Of a stretch of DNA of 64,000 bases, positions 56,926 to 64,000 are shown piece after piece (positions within the stretch are counted from its first letter, which is position 1; each line of letters opens with the position of its first letter). The DNA lies in NCBI GenBank assembly GCA_038064415.1, contig JBBTTD010000002.1:8865-72864 (forward strand). Direction: 5' to 3'. The notes under the pieces were generated by a model that was not told the origin of the DNA, searched no databases, and saw only the letters and a program-made list of their open reading frames with translations. This DNA comes from Patescibacteria group bacterium. GTDB lineage: Bacteria; Patescibacteriota; Minisyncoccia; Phycocordibacterales; PALSA-1337. The translations under genes were made by a program, and so were the position numbers.

Positions 56926-57801
56926 ATGATTACCCCATTAGAAAAATTCAATGGTTTGGCTAAAGTTCTAAAGACTAAAGAGCTTTATTTCAAGCGCGAA
57001 GACCTACATCCATACGGCTCTCACAAGGGTCGTTCTATCCCTATAATGATTGACCACTATTACCAGAATGGTGATCGTACTTTTGCCATTTCAAGTTCAG
57101 GAAATGCGGCATTAGCGGCGGCAATACACGCTCAAAAATTAAATAACATTAAGCTGGATATCTTCGTCGGAAATCATGTATCGCCAGAAAAGTTGAAAAA
57201 AATTCGCGCGATTGCCGAAAAAAGTATTGGGAATATTCGCGTTTTGGTAAAAGAACGGCCACTTCAAGCTCTGATTCAAGCGACACAAGAAGGCGTTCGA
57301 AGCTTGCGCCAATCTACTGATGACCAGGCTTTGATGGGTTATCAATCATTAGCTGAAGAACTGACGCAAACCTATAATGCGCAAAAAATCGGCGCTATTT
57401 TTATTGGCACTTCTTCAGGCACGACTGCCCAAGCGCTCGCTCAATATTTTTTGGATAAAAAAATTCCAATTCAAGTCCATATCATCCAAACATCTTCATG
57501 TCATCCAATTTCAGAACAATTTGAACCATATGACGGGCCAGATGAACGATCAATTGCCGATGCCATCACAGACATTACCGGACACAGAAAATCAGCGCTT
57601 ATGCCTTTAATAGAAAAAACCGGCGGAAAAGGTTGGATTGCCACAAATGAAGATATTAAAACCGCGCAAAAATTGGTCAGTGAACATACTAAATTAAATA
57701 TTTCCACGAATAGCGCGCTCTCAATTGTTGGGATAATGAAGGCAAATTATGTCGGACACAAAATAGACGGCGCGATAGTTTGCATGATTTGTGGAGAATG
57801 A
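56926..57801 (+). CDS. Fold-type II PLP-dependent enzyme (cysteine synthase/CysK-like, PALP family)
   Basis: KREDLHPYGSHKGRSIPIMID matches K.E..NP.GS.KDR..L.MI, so the PLP-Lys is present. SSGNAALAAAIHAQKL matches TSGNTG.ALA..AA. 291 aa. Confidence 0.65.
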   Translation: MITPLEKFNGLAKVLKTKELYFKREDLHPYGSHKGRSIPIMIDHYYQNGDRTFAISSSGNAALAAAIHAQKLNNIKLDIFVGNHVSPEKLKKIRAIAEKSIGNIRVLVKERPLQALIQATQEGVRSLRQSTDDQALMGYQSLAEELTQTYNAQKIGAIFIGTSSGTTAQALAQYFLDKKIPIQVHIIQTSSCHPISEQFEPYDGPDERSIADAITDITGHRKSALMPLIEKTGGKGWIATNEDIKTAQKLVSEHTKLNISTNSALSIVGIMKANYVGHKIDGAIVCMICGE

Positions 57802-57809
57802 CAGTGAGA

Positions 57810-57921
57810 AACAAAGCAAGAAGCGGGTGTGAATTTTATGAAAGACTGCAATCTCTTTGCGTGGAACGCGAGACAATTATAACGGTCTTTCATAAAATTC
57901 ACACCCGCTTCTTGCTTTGTT
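57810..57921. repeat. 37-bp perfect inverted repeat (38-nt loop) exactly between convergent stop codons; candidate bidirectional terminator or structured element
   Basis: Arm 57810-57846 (AACAAAGCAAGAAGCGGGTGTGAATTTTATGAAAGAC) is the perfect reverse complement of 57885-57921. It is flanked by the PALP gene stop at 57799-57801 and the murD stop at 57930. Confidence 0.6.
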
Positions 57922-57929
57922 ACTATTTC

Positions 57930-59348
57930 TTAAATCCCCCTAACCGCCCTGACAAATCTCTCGCCTCTCTCAATTTTAGAACCATCAGCCCCACCAGCGC
58001 CAAAGCCGGGACTAAAAAGCACTCGATCACCTTTTTTCGCGTGATCCAAAGCTGACCTCACCGCTTCTTCAATGTTTGGCGCGGAATAAATCGTCAGTCC
58101 GCCAACTTCTTGCAGAATGGCGCGTTGCCTCAATGTTCCACTACCTGGAATGTTTATCAGCGTATGGACATATCTAGGCAACTCAATATAAAGAGTCCGA
58201 TAATCATGACCAACATCCGCGCCGCCAAAAATTAAAACAATATTTCTGTCTTTAGATAAAGCCATGATTCCAACTAAAGTAGCGTCAGGAGTAATGGACA
58301 TCGTATCATTATAAAACTCAATACCTTTGACTTTTTTAACTAATTCCAACCTACCTTTCAAAGATCTCCATTTGCTAAAAACATTTCGCGCGGTGTCTTC
58401 ATCGGCTTTAAAAATCTGAGCCGTCTGGAGTGCCAAAGCGGCATTTGAACGATCGTGTATACCACTACCAGAAAAACCCCAATCCGCTGGTATAAGTGAA
58501 GACTTGGTGCGCAACATTTTGGCCTTGGGCTGAAATTTCATCGCTCTAGTGGCGTCAATAATCTCGTCGGATGCCACAATATAATTGTTATATGTTTGAT
58601 ACGCTAATATTTCAAAAGGTGATGAAATGTACGAATTTTTTGAAGGTATGCTGGTAAATATCGCCACATGAGGACTGATTCGTAATGTATTTAATTCCGG
58701 CAAAATCAAATCAACTATTCGCATCAAAACAATATCGCCGCTTTTGACTTTTCTTAGATGCGCGAGAATCCCATCTGATGATTCTGGATCGAGAATAAAG
58801 AGATCCTGTGTTTCATATTCTTTACAGACTTTTTCTAAAATCGGTCCAAGAATTGAAATAACCGTGGATTTACCACAACAACCAATCACTCCGATCAGAG
58901 TTATGGGTGGCGCCAATCTAAAGAAAAGGGTTTCGGGATATTCAACGACAATAACTTTATTTCTTTCTTTATCCACGACTTTAATTTCACTTTCAGATTT
59001 TTCCGTGCTTAATTGATCACTGATATTTGATGCTTGATTATTACCATAAACCTCCTTTAAGAATGAGGAATCGCGCGGATATTCATGTGAAAGAATTATC
59101 ATATCCATGTCCAAAAGGTCTTCAGCTGGAATAGAACCGCAAACATAATTGGCCAAACCAATAGAACGAAGAAAAATCAGATGATTTTTCAAACGCGCCT
59201 CACTTTTCAAATCATATATTGAGACCCAAGCTCCGGCTTTGATCAAATATTTAACATCCTCAACCATTTCTCCATGAATACCAAGACCAATAACCGCGAT
59301 GCGTTTGCCTTTGAAATAATCACGGGAAGCCATGTAACTATTATACAA
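57930..59348 (-). CDS. murD: UDP-N-acetylmuramoylalanine--D-glutamate ligase (MurD)
   Basis: N-terminal Rossmann motif KRIAVIGLGIHG, Mur ligase P-loop LIGVIGCCGKST, and a C-terminal domain. Confidence 0.85.
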   Translation of the reverse strand: MYNSYMASRDYFKGKRIAVIGLGIHGEMVEDVKYLIKAGAWVSIYDLKSEARLKNHLIFLRSIGLANYVCGSIPAEDLLDMDMIILSHEYPRDSSFLKEVYGNNQASNISDQLSTEKSESEIKVVDKERNKVIVVEYPETLFFRLAPPITLIGVIGCCGKSTVISILGPILEKVCKEYETQDLFILDPESSDGILAHLRKVKSGDIVLMRIVDLILPELNTLRISPHVAIFTSIPSKNSYISSPFEILAYQTYNNYIVASDEIIDATRAMKFQPKAKMLRTKSSLIPADWGFSGSGIHDRSNAALALQTAQIFKADEDTARNVFSKWRSLKGRLELVKKVKGIEFYNDTMSITPDATLVGIMALSKDRNIVLIFGGADVGHDYRTLYIELPRYVHTLINIPGSGTLRQRAILQEVGGLTIYSAPNIEEAVRSALDHAKKGDRVLFSPGFGAGGADGSKIERGERFVRAVRGI

Positions 59349-59699
59349 TCAATTTTGTTTTGTTGTAAATTTTTTGATCTTAATCATTTCTTGAAGCATG
59401 GCTTGAAGCGTAACCGTATCATCAGGTCTCGGTTCTGGCTCAACGATGAAATGTGAAAGTTTTTTCATAAACACGCCATAAACATCATTGAAGTATTGTT
59501 CAATGACTTTATGGTCTTGTTCAGAACATAATGCTTCTCTATGTTCATTAATAATAGATGAATCTTTTTTATTACCTTTAGCATTTGGACCGTCTAATAT
59601 TCTTAATATTTCAGCCGGACGGTGAATCCCCTCATAAACGACAGAGTCGTGATAAAGGATGCCATCAAGCGATGGTGAAACAAGTTGATAATCGCGCAT
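59349..59699 (-). CDS. Hypothetical protein, translationally coupled upstream of murD
   Basis: 116-aa ORF whose stop abuts the murD start. No recognisable family. Confidence 0.4.
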   Translation of the reverse strand: MRDYQLVSPSLDGILYHDSVVYEGIHRPAEILRILDGPNAKGNKKDSSIINEHREALCSEQDHKVIEQYFNDVYGVFMKKLSHFIVEPEPRPDDTVTLQAMLQEMIKIKKFTTKQN

Positions 59700-59786
59700 G
59701 AGATTAAATAGAAAGTTAAAAAGTCCTTAAAGTTAAAAAGTTAACGCGACTACTTTTAGACTTCCAGACTTTGACTTCTGACTTGG

Positions 59787-60521
59787 TTAATAGTCCGCAC
59801 TTATACTTACAAATGCGTCTTTGGTGATGATGACATGATCTAAAACACGAATGCCCAGGATCTTCCCTGCCTGAACAAGCTGTCTGGTAATTTGAATATC
59901 TTCGGCACTTGGAGTAACTTCACCCGAAGGATGATTGTGAGCTAAAATAACTGCGACAGCATTGCGTTCAATGGCTGGACGAAAGACTTCGCGAGCATGA
60001 ATAACATTGGCATTGACTGTCCCAATTGAAATAACTTCGTCAGCAATCACGCGGTTGTGACTATTGAGATACAATCCACGAAGATGTTCTTTGGGTAAAT
60101 TGCGCATATCAACGAGATAGTCATACGCGTCTTTGGCGTTACGAATTGTCTTGAATCCCGAATCAGAGCGCTGATATAAACGCCTTCCTAGTTCACCTAC
60201 GGCAACAATAGAACACGCCTTGACGATCGGTATGTTTAACTCTTTGGATAATTTCTCGGGATTACATTCGGCGAAAACGCTTTTCTCGCCATATTCACGA
60301 ACAATGCGCGTGGACATCTCCAAGACATCTTCTTTGGTAGTCCCAGTTACAAGCAGAAGGGTTGTAAGCTCCGCAATAGAAAGCGACTCTGGACCGTGAG
60401 TCAAGAGTTTTTCTCGTGGCTTCTCGCTCGAAGGCAGGTCCCGAAACATGAGTGGGTACTCACGCGGGCTCCGATCAAGAATGAGCGTGGTATCGGGTAT
60501 GATGTACATGCTCTTCTGCAT
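59787..60521 (-). CDS. radC: RadC-family JAB/MPN domain protein
   Basis: JAMM motif ILAHNHPSGEVTPSAEDIQIT, an HhH-like N-terminus, and a C-terminal LDHVII. Confidence 0.85.
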   Translation of the reverse strand: MQKSMYIIPDTTLILDRSPREYPLMFRDLPSSEKPREKLLTHGPESLSIAELTTLLLVTGTTKEDVLEMSTRIVREYGEKSVFAECNPEKLSKELNIPIVKACSIVAVGELGRRLYQRSDSGFKTIRNAKDAYDYLVDMRNLPKEHLRGLYLNSHNRVIADEVISIGTVNANVIHAREVFRPAIERNAVAVILAHNHPSGEVTPSAEDIQITRQLVQAGKILGIRVLDHVIITKDAFVSISADY

Positions 60522-60569
60522 GAAAACAATTATAACATAGTGAGAGAAAAATCAAGAAAAAGAAACCTG

Positions 60570-60735
60570 ACAAGGTATGCATTTTTATGTGCCTGCGGAA
60601 CTCGCTCCTGAAATTTCTAGGTAAAAGGCTCAGGAATTACTCAAATCTTCGACTTGGTAATTCCAACGCCATTCGCCTTTTACCAAGAAATTTCTAGTCG
60701 CTCAAACAGTCCTCGGCAATAAAAATGCATACCTT
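60570..60735 (-). ncRNA. Candidate structured RNA / palindromic element, copy B (opposite strand to copy A)
   Basis: Outer 18-bp perfect arms at 60570-60587 and 60718-60735. Inner 19-bp arms have one mismatch. An extra internal hairpin GGAATTAC...GTAATTCC is present. In minus orientation it shares TGCCGAGGACTGTTTGAGCGACTA, CGAATGGCG and GAGTTCCGCAGGCAC with copy A. Confidence 0.45.
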
Positions 60736-60757
60736 GCCGAGTTTCTTTAGCTTTTTA

Positions 60758-62191
60758 CTACAACGTCTCCACTAAAATAAAGTTTGTCTCACTAGATGTC
60801 CCAAACGGCATTCCTGCGACTATCACCACCTTATCCCCTTTTTTGACTATTTCATTATCAAGAGTAACTTTGCGCACAATCTCCATAATTTCTTCAACTG
60901 TCTTAAATGTTGGCGCAACTATCGGATAGCAACCATAAGTCAACATCAATTTATTGACATTCTCTTGAGCGTCAGAAAGCGCCAGAACATGCTCAGCGGG
61001 CCTATAACGAGCAATCATACGAGCGCTCCTACCCGTTCGCGTCAGAGCCACGATTAGAGCCGCACCGACGTTGTGGGCGGCTCTAACGGCAGATTGGGAA
61101 ACGACATCTGTAACACCGTGAGATCCCTCATATTCGGCAATTGTGTCCCGTGTATAAACTTCTTTTTCCACGCGACATGCAATACGCGTCATAACCTTGA
61201 CTGCCTCTACAGGAAAATCACCCAAAGTCGTCTCTTCGGAAAGCATGATCGCGTCCGTGCCGTCAATGATCGCGTTGGCAATATCCGAGACTTCAGCTCT
61301 TGTCGGTACTGGATTTTTTATCATTGACTCAAGCATTTGAGTGGCAGTTATTACCGGCTTGCCAATAGCATTGCATTTACTGATAATCATTTTCTGAACC
61401 AACGGGACTTCTTCAGCGGGAATTTCAATAGCTAGATCACCACGAGCAATCATTATCCCATCAGCCACCGAAATAATTTCATCAATGCATTTCAGAGCTT
61501 CGGGTGTTTCAATCTTTGCGATAATGTGTGCATTGGATCCGGCTTTATTAAGAATCTTTCTAAGATCATCAACATCAGAAGCGCGACGGACAAAAGACAA
61601 TGCGACAAAATCAACTTTATTTTTAATTCCAAACTCAACATCTTCTTTATCTTTGTCAGTCAGGGCTGAAATAGAAAGATTCGCCCCTGGCACATTGACT
61701 CCTTTGCGTCCAGATAGACGACCACCAATCATGACTTTGGTAATGATGTCGTTGCCTTTGATTTCCACGACTTCCAACCGTTTGGTGCCATCTTGGAGCA
61801 TAATGATAGTTCCTGGTTTCACTTCATACGGTAGTCGTGGATAATTTATATGCACTTTATCTTCAGTCCCCTCAATTTCATCGGTCGTTAATGTGAAGGT
61901 CTGACCTTCATGCAACATGATCATATTATCTCTGAAAGTCCCGATGCGGATTTTCGGTCCGCAAAGATCTTGTAAAATCGCCACGGTCTTGCCAGATTTT
62001 TTCATAATCTCGTGAATTGACTCCACGCGTTTCTGGTGTTCAGAAAAATCACCGTGCGAAAAATTCAATCTGACCACATTCATGCCCGCATCAACCATTT
62101 CGGCCATCTTTTCTTTGGTCTCTGTATTTGGGCCAATAGTACAAACGATTTTTGTTTTTTTGCCGAGATTCATGATAAAAGTGTGTGGCAA
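60758..62191 (-). CDS. pyk: Pyruvate kinase
   Basis: KIVCTIGPNTETKE, VVRLNFSHG, and MIARGDLAIEIP..V..QK.II..C. 477 aa. Confidence 0.9.
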   Translation of the reverse strand: MPHTFIMNLGKKTKIVCTIGPNTETKEKMAEMVDAGMNVVRLNFSHGDFSEHQKRVESIHEIMKKSGKTVAILQDLCGPKIRIGTFRDNMIMLHEGQTFTLTTDEIEGTEDKVHINYPRLPYEVKPGTIIMLQDGTKRLEVVEIKGNDIITKVMIGGRLSGRKGVNVPGANLSISALTDKDKEDVEFGIKNKVDFVALSFVRRASDVDDLRKILNKAGSNAHIIAKIETPEALKCIDEIISVADGIMIARGDLAIEIPAEEVPLVQKMIISKCNAIGKPVITATQMLESMIKNPVPTRAEVSDIANAIIDGTDAIMLSEETTLGDFPVEAVKVMTRIACRVEKEVYTRDTIAEYEGSHGVTDVVSQSAVRAAHNVGAALIVALTRTGRSARMIARYRPAEHVLALSDAQENVNKLMLTYGCYPIVAPTFKTVEEIMEIVRKVTLDNEIVKKGDKVVIVAGMPFGTSSETNFILVETL

Positions 62192-62208
62192 GACCTACCC
62201 TTGCCAAG

Positions 62209-63177
62209 TTAATTTGGTACTTGTAATTTTGGCGTTACGGGATATTTATCAGGATCAATTGCGCGCTTAAAGCAAGTTCTCTCTGCTTTATGATTCCAAT
62301 TATCTTCTGTGCCTTTGATTGAAACTGACATGTCGTATGCTGGATATGATATACCGCCACCATAATACGAACCTCTCCCTTGATTGTCCGACGAAACCTC
62401 GGAGAATGTGGCGCACAATTCAAACGAGGTCTTACCGCCTAGAGAATATTCATACGAAACCTCGGTATCTGGATCAGTTGGCAAGATAAAACCTGAAATC
62501 GGATCTGTAAGGTCGGTCAATGCAACCGGTAATCTTCCTTTTTGTTGCCAATAATTTACGATCTGCCACTGAATATTAGTAAGATCACTAACGCGTTGAT
62601 TGTCAAAACGAATTGCGCGTTGTTTTGCTGGTGAACCAATTGCGATAAATCCGATGATGACAGCCGCTAAAACCAAAACGATACCAAACCAAGCATTGGC
62701 AGTCCGTATCATTTTTGACCATTTGTGACTTGTATATATACTGAAAGAATAATATTTACCAACCGAGCCGGCGATAAATAACACCACGATAATCTTATAA
62801 ATAAAGCGTGAAGTTATTTCTCCATTCAAATATACATTGATCAAAGCTATCAAATCTCCGCCAAAGAGCACTACCGCTAAAAAGATTGTCAGATAGATAC
62901 GCCACCTACGAATCCATAAGTCAGATTTTCCAGGGTTTTTTGTAATATCGCGAGCGATTAGCCATTCTAAAATATAAAGTATTGGCACCAACACAATCAA
63001 CATTGAAATCGGCCAAGCCACCGAATTGCCATAAAAATATCCCGCTAACGCATCTGGCAGGAAGTAGTTAATAACACTAAACGATAGGTTAATGAGAGCG
63101 CCCGCGGCTACATATAGAGTTACGGTTGCGCCGAGGTGAAGAAAAAAATCTTTGGGACTGGTTTTTGTAGTGTTCAT
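62209..63177 (-). CDS. Hypothetical polytopic membrane protein with C-terminal extracytoplasmic domain
   Basis: 322 aa with ~6 TM helices in the first 200 aa, then a Gly/Tyr-rich soluble domain. Confidence 0.5.
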   Translation of the reverse strand: MNTTKTSPKDFFLHLGATVTLYVAAGALINLSFSVINYFLPDALAGYFYGNSVAWPISMLIVLVPILYILEWLIARDITKNPGKSDLWIRRWRIYLTIFLAVVLFGGDLIALINVYLNGEITSRFIYKIIVVLFIAGSVGKYYSFSIYTSHKWSKMIRTANAWFGIVLVLAAVIIGFIAIGSPAKQRAIRFDNQRVSDLTNIQWQIVNYWQQKGRLPVALTDLTDPISGFILPTDPDTEVSYEYSLGGKTSFELCATFSEVSSDNQGRGSYYGGGISYPAYDMSVSIKGTEDNWNHKAERTCFKRAIDPDKYPVTPKLQVPN

Positions 63178-63264
63178 GATAGTTATAGTTTAAATTATAA
63201 ACATTTTATATTATACAACAAAAGTTCACTATGCGCATTACTAGATTTCTGTCGAGGGTAGGCA

Positions 63265-63864
63265 TCAAACTTTCTTTCTACAACCGTAAATAAACGCGGG
63301 TGGTAAATTTCGACACTCATAGCCGATGATTTTGGCGTCAAAGAGTTTCTTAACTGAAATCAGACTAGATAAAAAATATTGAAATTGAATGAATAAACCA
63401 GTATCACTCAAAGATCCATGAATTGCCATCAGTAACGAATTTCTCATTGACTTGGAAAAATTACCAATCGGTATTCCAGAAATTATATAGTCCGGCTTGG
63501 TCAAATTGAGATTTCTCAAATGGCCAGCTATGTCCACGGCATCGGCCTCAATTATTATCACGCGTGAATCAATTATACTGTCGCGAAGATGCTTGACTAG
63601 AATCGGATTTATTTCAAAAATTACAAGTTTACCAGTTTTGGGCATTTCGGAAAGAATCATATTGGTGAAAGCACCAGTGCCAGCGCCAAGCTCAACAATA
63701 AATATTCCTTCCCTCATTTCCACTTGCTTTAATATTTTCCTGCTCAAATATCTTGAACTTGGCAATAATGAGCCATGGACCTTGAACCTTTTGATTCCTT
63801 CTCTGAAAAACAATCCTAGAGCATGTGGTTTTTTTGAGAACTTTGTGGTCATTTGTACGAACAA
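63265..63864 (-). CDS. Class I SAM-dependent methyltransferase (rRNA adenine dimethylase KsgA/Erm-like N-terminal fold)
   Basis: VELGAGTGAFTNMIL...LVIFEINPILVKHL...IIEADAVD parallels the KsgA motifs (LEIGPGLGALT...VEID..L...L......I.GDAL). Confidence 0.5.
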   Translation of the reverse strand: MFVQMTTKFSKKPHALGLFFREGIKRFKVHGSLLPSSRYLSRKILKQVEMREGIFIVELGAGTGAFTNMILSEMPKTGKLVIFEINPILVKHLRDSIIDSRVIIIEADAVDIAGHLRNLNLTKPDYIISGIPIGNFSKSMRNSLLMAIHGSLSDTGLFIQFQYFLSSLISVKKLFDAKIIGYECRNLPPAFIYGCRKKV

Positions 63865-63892
63865 GAATACTTTAAAAAATATTAAAGTTTTG

Positions 63893-63965
63893 TGCGCGCA
63901 CTAGGATTCGAACCTAGGACCCCACCAGTATCAGTGGTGTGCTCTACCAACTGAGCTATGCGCGC
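63893..63965 (-). tRNA. tRNA-Ile (anticodon GAT)
   Basis: The reverse complement folds as a cloverleaf: acceptor GCGCGCA/TGCGCGC, D-arm GCTC-AGTTGGTA-GAGC, anticodon arm CACCA-CTGATAC-TGGTG (anticodon GAT, A37), variable loop GGGTC, T-arm CTAGG-TTCGAAT-CCTAG, discriminator A. No CCA is encoded. Confidence 0.85.
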
Positions 63966-64000
63966 AGATTAAATATTCTGACCTACCTTCGCATATCTGC

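Noticed and set aside
63497-63904. 135-aa plus-strand ORF
   Set aside because: It is entirely antisense to the KsgA-like methyltransferase gene, which has clear SAM-binding motifs. Its 3-prime end also overlaps the tRNA-Ile.
1-64000. CRISPR arrays, integron attC sites or retron msr/msd as explanations for the long inverted repeats
   Set aside because: There are no regularly spaced direct repeats and no cas, intI or reverse-transcriptase genes in the window. The stems are perfect rather than bulged like attC sites.

Overview
This is a low-GC (~35%) window from a small-genome bacterium that resembles CPR/Patescibacteria (inference). It uses the standard genetic code, with TGA as a stop. Housekeeping genes flank both ends: secA, murB, mraY, a murC-like ligase, murD, pyk, rsmI, radC, and a tRNA-Ile(GAT). 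The centre (~7.6-44.6 kb) is a ~37 kb glycan biosynthesis and export island. It encodes GDP-mannose 4,6-dehydratase, an Fcl/ColC-type epimerase-reductase, and a DegT-family enzyme that has His where the PLP lysine should be, which is the ColD/E1 3-dehydratase signature and points to a 3,6-dideoxyhexose (colitose-like) pathway. It also encodes a Wzm/Wzt ABC exporter with an adjacent CmcI-like terminal methyltransferase, about 17 glycosyltransferases (GT2, GT4, two GT11 fucosyl/colitosyl-type, one GT-C/GT39-like and a GtrA flippase partner), about 7 methyltransferases, an AsnB-type amidotransferase, a B12-binding radical SAM enzyme, a YerE-like TPP enzyme next to an SDR and an aminotransferase, and a HIGH-nucleotidyltransferase/GHMP-kinase fusion. 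The island is bounded by a 3xTTGACAC promoter/operator with an excisionase-type HTH regulator on one side, and by an orphan DinJ/RelB antitoxin and a soluble VirD4/TraD-like ATPase on the other. The least expected signals are non-coding. Two ~160 nt structured elements on opposite strands share conserved internal blocks and an inner stem maintained by three compensatory base-pair changes. There are several 34-39 bp near-perfect inverted repeats in intergenic regions. GC-rich palindromic elements are inserted in-frame in secA and in the murC-like ligase, analogous to Rickettsia palindromic elements. The cell-wall gene block also contains a Bpt/ATE-like tRNA-dependent transferase, a LysW-like zinc-ribbon protein and a CysK-fold PLP enzyme. 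All calls rest on reading the sequence and the ORF track without database searches. Family assignments are motif-based and remain to be confirmed.
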